Counted from the stretch's first letter, positions 26,837 to 41,199 are shown. The stretch is DNA of 64,000 nt from Cycas panzhihuaensis (GCA_023213395.1 CM041465.1:145583741-145647740); one strand, 5' to 3'. Translations and numbers: made by a program. The notes: generated from the letters alone by a model not told the origin.

Positions 26837-29800
26837 TTGTTAGGCCTGTTATGACGCTTTTGTGTCAGTGTGAGGGTTGAGTTATGCTAGGCCATGGGCA
26901 TGTCACGGCCATTCTGTTCCGTAGCTGAAGGGCTGCTGTTGTAAAAGGTTTAGGGACCTATCAAAACCCCTTTTAATTTTTTTACCAAATCAAAAAAAAA
27001 AAAAAGAACGAAGCTTGTATTATTTCCCTAAGAGAACAGCTTTATCGATTATATCTACGGAAGGGAGAACAAATGACTGATTTCATTACCAAGTTGATAG
27101 AAATCAAAGATTAATTAGCCTCAACTGGAGAAACTATGAAACATACCGAAATTGTCTGTTTGATACTAAACAAATTGCCAAAATCCTTCGATAATTTGAT
27201 AAATACTCTTACTGTAGGAGGACAAGCTCAAAATATTTCCTTTAATACCTTGTGTGGTCATTTGCTTCAATAGGAACAAAGGACTTGTAGACATGAAGAG
27301 GGAGAAGATGTTGAAGAAGCCTTTATCTCAAGGCTTAGAATCAGTGAAAGAGGCGGATGAAGTGGTAGAAGAAGATCATTTGAGACCAGAAGCAACAGAG
27401 GAAGATCCTTCAAAGGAAGAGGCAGATCACCTGGCACTTGAATATGCTATTAATGTGGTAGAACAGGTCACATTGCAGCAAATTATAGAATTGCAAACAG
27501 TCGCTCATGCTACTATTGTGGGAGGTACGGACATCTCTCTAGCAACTATTTCTACAAGAGGTCTGATATTTCGAAGGGGAAACGAGCCGAAGGAAACTAC
27601 AATAAAGAATAGTCAAGGGATAATGATGATGAAGAAACCGCTTTTGTTGTTGCTTTAGATTCATCTGTCCAGCACAATGATAATTGGTTTATCAATTCAA
27701 GTGCATCTAACCATATGATAGGTAGGGAGGACTAGTTGGAATCCTTGCAGCCATACATGACAAACAAAACTATGGAACTAGGCAATAATCATCCTCTAGA
27801 GATCAAAGGAAAAGGAACTATAGCAGTTCAAATTGAGAATGAAATCAAAATAATTGGAAGCATGTTGTTTGTACCTAGCATAAAGAAGAATCTCCTCTCA
27901 GTATCACAATTGAGGAAGAAAAGACTTCGTGTGATCTTTGACGAAAATGGTAAATGTTATATTCTTGATATGAAAAAAGGTGTTCAAGTTATTGCTAAAG
28001 GAATAGAAACCAACGATCTCTACAAGTTGGTTTCTACCCCTATCACTTCCTCTATAAAAGCTTTTACTATTCAAGATAATAATAATGAAATATGGCATTG
28101 TCGCTATGGGCATATTTCTAATGATAGGTTAAATTTGCTAAAAAATTCCAAGATAGTTGATGGACTGACTAGTAATCTTACAATGAATGCTTTTGCTGCA
28201 AAAGTTGCATGCTAGGAAAACATCATAGAATGTCATTTCAAGAAAGCACCTGGAAAGCAAATAAGAAACTATAATTGATTCACAGTGATATATGTGGACC
28301 TATTACACCCAACTCTGTAAATGGTGCCTAGTATTTCCTCACCTTTATAGATGATTTTACTAGAAAATCTTGGGTTTATTTTATCTTTATCAAATTTGAA
28401 GCTCTTGATTGTTTTAAGAAATTCAAAGCCCAAGTAGAACTCGAAAGTGGGCACAAAATAAAAATGTTGAGAACTGACAAAGGCAAAGAATATGTTTCAA
28501 ATGACTTTTCAAGTTTTTGCAAGGCTCATGGCATCCATAGGCAGATAACGACTTCATATACAACTCAGTCAAATGGAGTAGCGACAAGATGGCTCGGTGC
28601 ATGTTGAAGGATAGAAGTGTATCAAACATGTATTGGGTTGAAGCTATCAATATTGTTATCTATCTATCAAATAGGTATCCTACAAAGGCTCTTGACAAAG
28701 TCACTCCAAAGGAAGCCCAGACAGGTGCAAAGCCAAATGTAAGTCACTTGAGAACTTTTGGATGCACTACATATGTACATGTTCCAACTCAGAAAAGAAC
28801 AAAATTGGATGATAAAAGCATTGAATGCATTTTAGTTGGATACAATACAAAATCAAAAGCTTATCGATTATTGGCATCAAAACAAAAACATTGTATGTAA
28901 GTAGAGACATGACCTTTGATGAAGGTGTCTCAACAGACAAAGATATTGATTCTTCGTAAAAGAATATAATAGTAGAGAAAAATGTAGAATCTACTATAAG
29001 CCCTACTGAGGAAGAATCAAAAGATACAGAAGGGTCAACTTATCAAGAAGAAACAAAAGAGTCAACGTCTCAACAAGAACCAGAATAGGAAGGGTAAGAA
29101 AATATCTCAAGAATAAGGTTACCTAAATGGTACCTAAAAACAATTGAGGAATCGAAAGGAGATGTATTCAAACATAGAACAAGATCTCAAAAGCATCAAA
29201 CCTTGATTTGTACAATCGAATCTCAAAATTTTGAAGAAGCTTGTGGAAGAATAGAATGGATAGAGGCTATGGAGAAGGAAATGAAGTCCATACAACAAAA
29301 TGACAGTTGGGATCTAGTTTCACCTCCAAGTGATAAACCTATTGTAGGCTACAAATGGGTAAACAAAACAAAAGAAAAATTTGATGGGAGCATAGAGAAA
29401 CACAAGTCCTGCTTTATAGCTAAAGGATACACTCAGACAACAAGTATAGACTACGAAGAGACCTTTGCTCCAGTAGAAAAACTCATAACCATTCGCACTA
29501 TTATAGGCTTAACAGCTCAACACAATTGGAAAATTATGCAAATGGATGTAAAATGTGTATTTCTTAATGAAGAACTCAACAAAGAAGTTTATATGGAATA
29601 GTCACTTGGATACATAAGGGAAGGACAAGAGCATTTGGTTTGCAAATTAGAAAAGGCACTATATGGTCTAAAATAGGCACCCACAACCTGTTATGCCAAA
29701 TTAGACCTTCATCTGCAACAAGCAGGATTTCATAGATGTGAAGCAGACCCAAGTCTCTATGTAAAAAGGCAAAGAGATTTGATCACCATAATGGTAGTCT

Positions 29801-30192
29801 ATGTGGACGATTTGATTATCACAAGGAATGATGATCAAACCATCAGCTTGATGCAAGGACAAATAAAAAAGAAATTTGAAATGACAAACCTAGGTACACT
29901 CCACTACTATCTTCGCATAGAAATTGATCACGGAGAAAATGGGATGTTCATCTCACAATCCAAGTACGCAAAAAATCTGCTGAAAAGTTTCAACATGGAA
30001 GCATGCAATCCATGTGCCACACCAATGGAAGTGGGTTGTGTTCTAACTTCTGAAGAGAACAAACAACAGAAAGTAAATGAAACTCCTTTCAAACAACTTG
30101 TTGGGAGTTTGATTTATCTAACAACAACTAGACTTGACATTTTCTTTTCTGTTGGAGTCATTTCCAAATTTATACACAATCCATAGGTTGCA

Positions 30193-33100
30193 TGTAGCAA
30201 CCTTACAGAATTCTTCTAATAGATTTTATAGAAATAGACAAAATATCCACCAAATGCACTTGCAAAATATCCAATCAAAAGAGCAATAATACAAATCCAC
30301 TTGAATACAAGTATAAAATGGTATGAAATGAATATAAAGTAATAGATACAACGTTACCAAAAGATCCCGCAAATTACTGACGATAAAGAATCCCTCTTCA
30401 AGGCGAGGTTCCCTCCACAAAGCTCCTCAAAAGGGCCGAAAATACTGCAGTCCAAGACTTCTTCTTCGATGATAAAATGAGGTTGCAAATCCTCCTTAAA
30501 TAGGCGACCAACGGATCGCAATAGAAGTCGGCCAAAAAAGATGATATTATTCTTAATACTGCACAAATAGAAGTCGGCCAAGACTTCTCCAAAAACTGGC
30601 AGGCTAACTTTAAATGGTCATAACTTTTGATACAGATGTCAGAATTAACTTTCGTCTGGATCGTTGGAATCATCGTTCAGAGACCTTTGATTTGAATGGT
30701 CATAAGCTATATTTATGACCATATTTAGGAATGCTACAAGTCTTCCCCCCTCAAAACATGCTTTGCCCTCAAAGCATCAGTAAATTTTTGTACTGTTGTA
30801 TCCATTCTTCAGATTCCCATGTGGCTTCACTATTCTCCATTGTTTTCCATTTGATAAAGTATTCTGTAATTTCACAAGAACGCAACTTTTTGGTACGTTT
30901 CTGAAGGATACCTTCTGGTTCAACTGATAGTCCTCCTTCCTCATCTAATATTGGAAGTTACATGCGGATTGGTACCCTTTCTCCTAACTTCCTCTTAAGG
31001 CAAGAAACGTGGAATGTATTGTGTATTCGGCAATCTGGGGGAAGCTCTAATTTGTAGACTACATCTCCAATTTTAGCCAAGATTTTATAGGGTCCAAAAA
31101 ATTTTGGTTGAAGTTTATTTCTCCCTATTTGTTTTAGGCTATTCTGCTTGTAGGGTTGTAATCGCAGAAAAACCCAGTCTCCTACCTCGAATGAACGCTC
31201 CGTTCTTTGAAGATCAGCTTGTTGCTTCATTCGATTGCGAGCTAAGTTATCTTTTAAGGTATCCAGTATCTACCTTGACTGTTGGTGATACTCTTCAATT
31301 GATTGTACTTTGGATGCCTGGGTCCAATTAAGAATGGATGGCAGTTCAAATCCATATAATGCTTGAAAAGGGGACATCTTGGCAGAAGTGTGGTAAGTTG
31401 TATTGTACCACCATTCTGCTAAATGAAACCATTTGTGCCATTGGAGTGGGCTTTGAGTGGTGAAATTATGTAGATAACCCTCTATGGATTTATTTACGGC
31501 TTCTGTCTGACCGTCTGATTGCGGATGATACGCAGAACTCATATTAAGCTTCGTGCACCTTAATCGAACAATTCTTGCCAGAAATGACTGGTGAATTTGG
31601 GATCACGATTACTAACTATCACTTTTGGAAACCCATGGAGACGATATATCTCCTTGATGAATAACTCTGCTATTTGAGGAGCTTTTGTCACGCTTGAGTT
31701 CCCCTAAAATGTGCATATTTGGTTAGTCGATCCACAACAACAAAAATAGTATCCTTACCTTCTGATTTTGGCAGCCCCGTGATGAAGCCCATGGATATCT
31801 CCTCCCGTCTTTGTTTTGGAATTGGTAGAGGCTGAAGAAGACCTGGAGCTTTTACATTCTCTCCTATGTTTCTTTAGTAGTGATCACATTCTGCTACAAA
31901 CTTCTGTATTTCTTCTTTCATTCCTTTCTAGAAGAAATTTTTTCAAACTTTGTGATAAGTTTTGTCTACTCCTGTATGGCCTCCCACTGGTGACACATGG
32001 GCCTCCTCTAAGATCTTTGTTTTAATTGCCGCTGCTATAGGCACTAGCATCTTACCTTTTCGCAAGATTAAATTTCCTTGGAGAGAGTACTTGGTATTAA
32101 GTCCTTCTTTGATTTTTGCAGCGCCTTTTGAGAATGAGTGTCCTTGTCGTAACCTTTGACTAGTTCCTCCGTCCATGCTGGGCTAATTATGGTAATGGCT
32201 TTTAATGATGCTTTATCCTCTTCATGATCTTCTGCTACGAATCTTCATAATGCGTCTGCTATGATGTTCTCCTTTCCTTTCTTGTAAACTATCGAAAAGT
32301 CAAATGCTTTTAATCTGCTAACCCACTTTTGTTGTTCATCTGTTAAGGATTTTTGATTCAGGAAATATTTCAGACTGTCGTGATCAGTCTTGACGATAAA
32401 TTTATTTCCTAGCAAATATTGTCGCCACTGTTGGATGGCATGCATAATCGCTAGCATTTCTTTGTCGTATATTGGTTTGAGGCGCTCACGGCTATTAAGC
32501 TTACGACTTTCATATGCTAGCGGTCGATCTTCTTGTAGTAAAACTGCTCCCAACCCAAAACTAGAGGCGTCACATTCAATAGTGAAGGATTTTGAGAATT
32601 GTGGTAGTGCAAGGACTGGGGCCGTAGTCATAGCTGTCTTTAGTTGTTGGAATGCCGCTTCCACTAATTGATCCCATTTAAATGCCTCTTTTCTTGTCAA
32701 ATCATTAAATCTTGCGACTATATGAGCATAACCCTTGATAAATTTGCGTACGAAACCGGCGGCTCCTAAGAATCCTCGAACTCCCGTAACATTCTTAGGT
32801 GTGGGCCAATTGATAATCGCCTCGATCTTCTTTGGGTCAATTCGCACTCCTTCGGAAGATATTATATGCCCCAAATATTCTAGCTCTCTGTTTGCCCAAA
32901 TGTACATTTCTTTTTGTTCGCGAACAATTGTTGGTTTTGTAATAATTGGAGGATGATCTGTATGTGTTGGAGATGCTCCTGCCAAGAACGGCTATAGATT
33001 AGAATATCATCAAAAAAACTAGCACAAAATTTTGAATATACGGCTTGAGGATCTGGTTCATCATATTTTGAAACGTTGGGGGCATTTGTCATTAAAGGCA

Positions 33101-35799
33101 TAACCGAAATTCAAATAGCCCTTCGTGTGCGGAAAGCCGTGTTATCGTGTCTTCCTCTTTGATGCGAATCGATAGTATCCAGAGCGTAGATCAATTTTTG
33201 AGAAGAACTTTGCTCTGTGAAGTTTATCCAAAAGGTCATCGATACGAGGAATCGGGTATCTATTCTTGATCGTTAATTTATTGAGAGCCGATAATCTCCA
33301 CATATACGATATGATCCATCTTTCTTTCGTGCAATTATAATGGAGATGCAAAGGGACTACTACTTGGGACGATGATTCCTTGTTGGAGAAGATCTTGAGT
33401 GATGTGTTCAATCTCTTGTTTATGATGGAATGGGTGCCTATATGGCACGATATTGTGAGGGCGATTGAGGAACCAAATCAATCGCATGCTCATATCCATG
33501 ACTAGGAGGAAGTTCGGTGGTAGTTCCTCAAAACCTTACTATATTGGTTAATTAGTTCTTGTACCTCCATGGGAACTTCTTCCTGCGCTATCTTATAACA
33601 AGAAATCATGAGCAGTGGGATTTTTCAAGTATCTTTTCCATCTGTTGAGATGATACCAATTGTCTTTGGAGGAATGTCGGGAGCCTCTAGCTTGTACTTA
33701 CGTCCCTTTTGGTGAAAACACATAAACCGCGTCTGAAAGTTGGTAACAATATTTCCCAAGGTTTGAAGCCATTGTACTCCTAGAACCACATCAACCTGGC
33801 CAATAGGCATGGCAAACATGCAAGATGTGGTTGAGTACTCTGCACTACGTAAGCTTACTTGTTGGCAATAACCACCACAAGGCATAGTCCTACCATTTGC
33901 TATTGCCACTTGGAATATATTGAGTGGTTGTACTATGAGACCTAACTTTTCTGCAGTAGGGTGATTTATGAAATTGTGTGTACTACCACTATCTACCAAA
34001 ATGGAAACCTCCGCATTTTTTATTAACCCTCGAAATCTCAATGTTTGTGGTGTGCGCATCTCCCCAGTGATGGCTTGAAGTGATATCTGAATATTGTCTG
34101 GGTTTGTATTCAATAACTCCTCTATTTGGGCTTCGTCTTCTTAGACCAATGCTTCCTCTTCTGTAATTTCATCCATAGTTTCATCAGGGAGAGGGTCTTC
34201 CTCATTATTCATCATGAACATTTTCTTAGGAGGGCATATATGTTCCCGATTATACTTTCCTCCACAACGAAAACATGTTCCATTCTTGATGTGTTCTGCT
34301 CTTGACATTTGTTCATCTTTTTTCTCCCCCATAGGAGCACCCACTTTAGTTCCAGACTGTGTCTAGTTTGGTTTAAATTGCTGGCTAGGAGGTCTTTCAA
34401 ACTCGAGCGAAACTTTGTCTTCCTTCTCTAAATTGCTTCAATGTTCACGGCATGGCGTATGGCATCGATCAGAAGCTCACTTCCATAGTCTTTAGTCGAT
34501 GCGATATTACCTCGAGACACCGCTATGTATACTTCTACAAGTTGAGGTTCACTAATATGGGCATCCACCATACTATGCGGTGCTTGGGCTGCTTGATAAG
34601 ATTGTATCGTCTTGGCTGTTGTAACCTTGTAAGTTGGGCGAAATAATCCATTTTCGTTGTATCTTCATATTGTTGGAATAGAGACTTCTTAAAAAAAATC
34701 CAATTGTAGTGGATTGTTCCCTCATAATTTCTTTGCCACCAATGAAAAAATTGTAAGGCTTCTCCGTATAAGTGCAACGCTGCCACCACCATTTTTTCTT
34801 TATTGGTTAAAGGGGTGGTTTTGAAGTAGACCTCAATCTGCATCACCCAACTACGAATATCCCGGGATCTATCTGGGTCAAACTTTTCTAGCTGAAATTT
34901 AGTTCCCTTAAGACCGAGCCCAACCTGATCTCTTGAATATTCCCCTTCTTCTTGGCTCTGCTCCTCTTCTTTATCTCTACTTTAAAATCCAAAATCTTTT
35001 TTTGGAGCCAACAGAATATCACGAATTTCTTGTATATTCGATTTCAATTCCTTGTACTGGGTTTGCATTAGTGTAATACTACCGTCCAAATGGTCCACCC
35101 TTTTTGACACGTCCTCGATTCCCTGGGAGGCTTGGAGCACCATTTTTCCTATTGTGGTTTTTCCTGACCTTAACTCCGTTCTAGTGAAAAAAAAAATTCT
35201 TAGATGTTTCTTGCAGAGACACGCTAAATACCCACTTCGAACGAAGCTCTGATACCACTTGTAGCAACCTTACAGAATTCTTCTAATAGATTTTATAGAA
35301 ATAGACAAAATATCCACCAAATGCACTTGCAAAATATCCAATCAAGAGAGCAATAATACAAATCCACTTGAATACAAATATAAAATGGTATGAAATGAAT
35401 ATAAAGTAACAGATACAACGTTACCAAAAGATCCCGCAAATTCTTGGCGATAAAGAATCCCTCTTGAGGCGAGGTTCCCTCCACAAAGCTCCTCAAAAGG
35501 GCCGAAAATCATAGTCCAAGACTTCTTCTTCGATGATAAAATGAGGCCGCAAATCCTCCTTAAATAGGCGGCCAACGGATAGCAATAGAAGTCGGCCAAA
35601 AAAGATGATATTATTCTTAATACTGCACAAATAGAAGTCGGCCAAGACTTCTCCAAAAGCCGAGCTAACTTTAAATGGTCATAACTTTTGATACAGATGT
35701 CAGAATTAACTTTCGTCTGGATCGTTGGAATTGTCGTTCAGAGACCTTTGATTTGAATGGTCATAAGCTATATTTATGACCATATTTAGGAATGCTACA
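30193..35799 (-). mobile_element. Full-length Ty3/Gypsy chromovirus (Reina-like), 5.6 kb
   Basis: LTRs TGTAGCA...TGCTACA at 30193-30738 and 35260-35799. TSD TTGCA at 30188-30192 and 35800-35804. iMet PBS at 35246-35257 and PPT at ~30739-30752. gag, protease (LVDSGSTHNF), RT (FFDDILIYS), RNase H (CDASSFGLG), integrase (GPY/F) and a chromodomain-like EYFIKWK...EATWE at ~30790-30950. Confidence 0.94.
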
Positions 35800-36619
35800 T
35801 TGCAACATTGTACACAATCCATAGGTTGCCTATTGGAATGTTGCAAAAAGAGTCTTGAGATATATCAAAGGTACTCTTGATTTTGGACTACTCTATGCAA
35901 AGATGAATAAAGCAAAGCTGATTGGATACACTAATTTAGGCTGGGCCAAAGAATCTCTGGAAAGAAAATCTACATCTGGATACTTCTTTAGTCTTGACTG
36001 CAGTAACATCTTGGAGTAGTAAGAAATAGCTAGCAATAGCTCTCTCCTCTACAAAAGCAGAATATAAGGCTGCTATAAGTGCAACCTATGAAGCAGTTTG
36101 GTTAAAACTATTGTTAATGATCTAAATCAAGGTTGTGAAAAGGCAACAACAGTTTATTGTGACAATCAAAGTGTAATTAAACTCACCAAGAATCTAGTCT
36201 TTCATGCAAGGACCCACATATAGAGGTTCATCATCACTTTATTAGAGAAAATGTCCAAAATAAAGAAATAGAGTTACAATATTGCAACAACAACCAATAG
36301 GTCGAAGATATTTTTACAAAACCATTGCCAAAGGACAAATTTCAATATTTCAGAGACTTATTTGGAATGGAAAAAAAGGATAAAACATTAAGGGAGGGTG
36401 TTAGGATGTTAATGTTTTATCCTAAAGTTGTACTTTATGAAACCAAGAGGATTATATGGCATTGTATCCTCTTCGTATTAGTCCAACACATGTCACTCAT
36501 GATGGACACTTGTCGTCTATGTACAAATCAGTTATATAAGACTACTTGTATAAATGACGGAACATCTCTCTCATCAATCAATGAAAAATTCAATTATGTT
36601 TTTTATCAATCTCTAATCA

Positions 36620-37700
36620 TATGATGAGATGCTCCTGAATCAACAATCCATGTGTTGTCACTATTTCTGGTATGATAGGCACAAAACAATTTGTCATCAT
36701 CATTTGCAAACTAATTTGTGTGCCATCGATTGCTACCTCTAAATGCCCCCTTCCTCTATGACATCCTTGAAATCCACCTCGATTTGGTCTATGAGGGGGC
36801 TATTGTTGCTAATGTTGCTGCTATCTCTGCTATTATTGTTGAGGTTGGTGTTGCTGCTACTACAAGCCAAAATAATGCTTTCAACATTCTATTTGAATGT
36901 GACCCATTTTGCCACAATAATGACAAATAACATTCTTAGCTTTTGATGTGCCGAGATTAAGATTCCCAAACTATTTGTTAAGATTTTGTTTGGGATTGTA
37001 TTTGCCTTTGTACTTGGCAACAAATGCTCTAGGCGTGGATGCTACATCCTAACAAGAGTAGATTTGCTCCTCTTGCAATAAAAGATTTTCAAGTTGGTCG
37101 AAATTCATGGTGCCAAATGTGCCTCCTCTAGTAATTGACGAAATGAAGCCATCATACTCCTATGGCAATGCATGAATAATGCCAGTCACAAGGTCTTCAT
37201 TTGATGGCGATTTGGCCAATGTGGTCAGCTGATTGTTGATCTCTTTGATTAAAGACAAAAAAACCATCATAGGCTCAACAAACTTTACAGTAAATAACTT
37301 TACTTTTGACATAACAACACGAATATCATCTCGCCTTTCATACAAGGAAAGTAAAGTTACCCATGCATCTTTTGAAGTAGTAGCATTTACAATGCTTTGA
37401 TCAACAACATTATCAATAGTCATATGAATGAAAGCTAAAGTTATTTCATGCTTAGCTTCCCATGCAGCAAATAACACAAGATCAAGCTAGATTATGACAA
37501 TTCTATCTGTTGAAATTTTAGTGGGTATAGGGTTTTTTATTCTACTTAATACATAAGCCCAAACTTCATTCATAATAAGCAAATTCTTTGCTTGTTTCTT
37601 CCATTCTTGAAAATTATCTTGACTATTTAATTTAATATGGCTTGCATTAAGCATGTTGATAGCTACCATTATGTTTAAGTTGTTTAAAAGGATGCTCTTG
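36620..37700 (-). mobile_element. Copia gag-protease fragment
   Basis: KLNSQDNFQEWK...ATTSKDAWVTLLSLYE gag, a CHYCGKMGH knuckle, and protease WIVDSGASHH truncated at ~36620. Confidence 0.75.
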
Positions 37701-39437
37701 TAACTAAAGAAATGACTTGGAAACTCAAAGCTTTCGTTGCTTAAGTTCCACTCACAAAGACACCAACAACCCTAATCTTACAAGGAAGATCCAACAGTTG
37801 AAGAGAAGACTGTCCCTTAGTCTCGTCATTTTGACCAAGGCTTAACCTCCTAACCCTTCTCAATTTTGTCTCTTTTGAACATCTTAAAGCCCTTTGTCTA
37901 TTGGATTTCAATATCCCCTTGGGTGAAAGTCTTTTTGATGGCTCACCCGCCTTCAAAGGCCATTTTGGTGGCATTAGAAGGTCCCCTGGTTGTCAAAGAC
38001 TTAGTTACAACCTGTCATCACAACGACAACTAGGGTTCCTTTGTATTTGCACATAATATATTTGATGAAATTCTAGTCCAGTCCCTCCTCAATGGACATA
38101 GGCAACAGGACTAATGTTAATTCTGCTTTTATCCCTATGAAAGTCCACTTGTTAAGGGGCCACTCTCTAGTAGCCTAGTTAGTGGTTGGTCAACATAATT
38201 TCATCATACATCATGCATACATCATAACAACACATCATCATCATCATGCCACCATATCAATATAAATCCATAACTCAATCACAATTATGCACAAGATACA
38301 TAGTTTTTCAATGTAACTTATCATTTCATTAAGCAATATCAATATCCACTAGCTCTACATCACTTTTGGGAAACATTCCATATGTGTTCCGTACAAAACA
38401 TAACACCCAATCCAAAGTACTCAGTTGTTACACCTTTGAGACCATAATACAAACTCAATTACTCAACTCTCACACCAAAATGGTGGTTCATTGAGCAATA
38501 AATACACTATGCATGTCTTTTTAAGCAGCAATTATGACTTTTGGTCACAACCATACCTTTTAATGACAAATTACGCCTTTTCACTTAATACACATTAATT
38601 ATGCCTCTTAACACCTTTTCCTATCCACATGACCATATCACTGGGGATGACATCAACATCTCTAGAATGTATCACTTCAATCTAGGCATGCATTCCATGT
38701 GTTCCTCACTATGCATTCTACATGCATTTCAAACTATGTTGCATTTTGTTTTAGAATGCAACCTATCATGCATTCCCCAAGAGCTTTGTTTTGGCGTTTT
38801 CCACTGTTTCCTAGCATGCATTCCATCATACGTCCATTTGTTAATGCATTCCTGCATTCAAGTCAGGATAAGCATGCATTCCTATGTTTCCATTATCCAA
38901 AATCGGCCAAGTACCAAATTTTACCCCAACAACTATTAACATTAAATCCAAAACACATTAATTTTGCCACAGCAATGGGGATGCCCATTGTCACCATACC
39001 CTACACACAAACAATGGCGCACCAAATACTAATATGTCTGCCTTCAAATGGAGGCTTTTGCTATAGCAATGTGTGCATCTATCTACAATAATATTTGCCA
39101 TTTATCACCAATTATTTCCCATAGTCGCCACACAAGGTGCCAGTACATAGCTATACATCCTTTAATGACTTTGAAGCTGTGTATTATACATATCTATCCC
39201 TTCATTCCCACCCAAAACAATATTTTCCATATGTGCAAAACAATAAAAAAGTGAGCATACTTCACTTTAGAATCTGTCATTCAAACATTTTGATAAATAG
39301 TTGGCATGCATAAAAAAATGAAAAAAGTAGACTTAAAAGAATTCAAGGGTATATTGACATTTGTGGGCATATTAATTACCCTCTCTTCATCTTATAACTA
39401 ATGAAGAAGTTTATAAAATAAAGTTTCTTGTTGTTTC

Positions 39438-40878
39438 TGTTATGATCCTCCACCATATGAGGTTATTCTTATTGTAATTACCCCACATGCATAAGTCCAA
39501 CAGATGGGGCGCCTTAATAGCCCTATATATATGTATGTAATGTATGAGTTGGACCATCATTAATAGCCCTATATATATGTATGTAATCGTATTTTAGAGG
39601 CCATCATTTTAATCCATATTTTATGTATTGTTTAGCTATATTTTTTTCAGAGATAAAATTTTTAAATTTAAGGGTTTCATATCATACTTTTCTTGGTCAT
39701 TCGGACTTTGGCCACAAAACCATTGCTCCTGAGTCCTAATATTTATTTTTGTATCAAATTTGGGGGATAGCTCGCTATAGACACCCCCTAATCTCTCCTA
39801 CATGCACATTATCATGGCTATAGAAAGGCCCGTACCATCCATCTCTAATGCAGATGGTACTCTTTTTGCAAATGATTGGGTTACAGATATGCATACATAT
39901 CTAAAATCACTTAATGATAACTACCACAAAAACAAAGAGATGACTAAAGTAGCCTCATTGTATCTACAAGGAGAGGCTTACCTTTGGTTTAAGGATTGGT
40001 ATAGCAGAGTTGGTCCATTTAATACATTTTGTTGGTTAATAATAGCTATCCGTACAAAATATAATGCTTTTTGGTGGAAAGGGATGCTAAACCATGAGCA
40101 AGACAAACAAGAAGCTTGTCAAATACTTGAGAAGTATAATCATAGGGTGGGACAAGGAATTTTTCCCACTCCACAAAGTCAAGAACAAAAAAAGATGATG
40201 AGGGAGAAAATGAATGTCATGAGCAAGTAGCAGAAGTTGTTTACCACCCCACACCACTAATTGTACCCAAGGACAAGGAAGAAAAGGCATCACCAATCGT
40301 TGAAAGATAAACTAAAGTGGAACCATATTGGCATCCACATTATCAAGAGGACCTATGCAATAAAACTTATGAGGCAAGGCCCTCATCAACTACAAACACC
40401 TGGCAAGCACAACATTCGAGCTTAAGGTTTCAACATTACAGATATCTAGAGCATATCAGAAGACATCTAGGGTGTATCAAAATCGACTTGGGATGGATAG
40501 ATCCCTATTATATGCAAAACTTTCTGACGACCTTTGTAAGAGTTATCGATTGGATAATAGTAATAGGAGGTGGTCACATGTATCATTGTATCAGGATGCT
40601 TCGAGGGTGAAGCATTTTAGGGGGGAGGGCATGTTATGATCCTCCACCATATGAAGTTATTCTTATTGTAATTATCCCACATGCATAAGTCCAAGAGATG
40701 GTCAGCCTTAATAGCCCTATATATATGAATGTAATGTATGAGTGGAACCATCATTAAGTATTTGTAATCCTATGTTAAGAAATGTTCTTCGGAACTTTAC
40801 CTCTTTCTTTGTCTTTTGTCTATCATTTTATCTTCCTATTTCTCTATGTTTATTGGTTGCAGGATTAGGTTTGTAACA
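39438..40878 (+). mobile_element. 1.44-kb gag-only miniature LTR retroelement (TR-GAG/TRIM-like)
   Basis: Repeats start TGTTATGATCCTCCACCATATG at 39438 and 40632; the 3' LTR ends GTAACA at 40878. TSD GTTTC at 39433-39437 and 40879-40883. PPT AGGGGGGAGGGCA. ORF 39802-40230 has the Gypsy gag motif VASLYLQGEAYLWF; no pol. Confidence 0.82.
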
Positions 40879-41199
40879 GTTTCTTTAATTTATAAAGTTT
40901 CTCATAGACATTTTATCGAACTATTGGTGTATAACCAATAAATCAGAAAATCAACTTGCAACCATTATGTGGCATGAACAGGTGCTGTGGCATAGACTTC
41001 AAATCTTTAGGTTAGGATGCTACTAAGTGTTGTAGTCGAGTAATATTACAAAAGCCATAAAAAAGTTTCAAAAAAATTGTAGAGCAATACTGGGAAAGAA
41101 AGAATATTACATGGAACAACGAATTTCCCTTCTGCACAATGTTGCTAACATGTGAACCCATCAACAAAAGCTTCCAACAATTCCAAGATAGCTGCAGTC

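Larger units (their letters stand above)
12794..27005 (+). mobile_element. L1-clade LINE with RNase H (~6.4 kb excluding the nested Copia), 5S-derived head, poly(A) tail
   Basis: 5S head, GC-rich leader, ORF1, ORF2 (APE-RT-zf-RNase H), 3' UTR and an A14 tail at 26992-27005. It interrupts a Copia gag between ...LYQ and KNEACIISLREQLY... Confidence 0.92.
12100..36619 (+). mobile_element. Old degenerate Ty1/Copia element that hosts the LINE and the Gypsy; 5' LTR not found, 5' boundary approximate
   Basis: gag at ~12510-12800 resumes at 27001. Protease/integrase/RT (YVDD) at 27660-30190. RNase H at 35810-36380 (IFTKPLPKDKF). PPT AAGGGAGGG at ~36390; putative 3' LTR TGTTAGG...CTAATCA at 36399-36619. 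Many stops. Confidence 0.85.
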
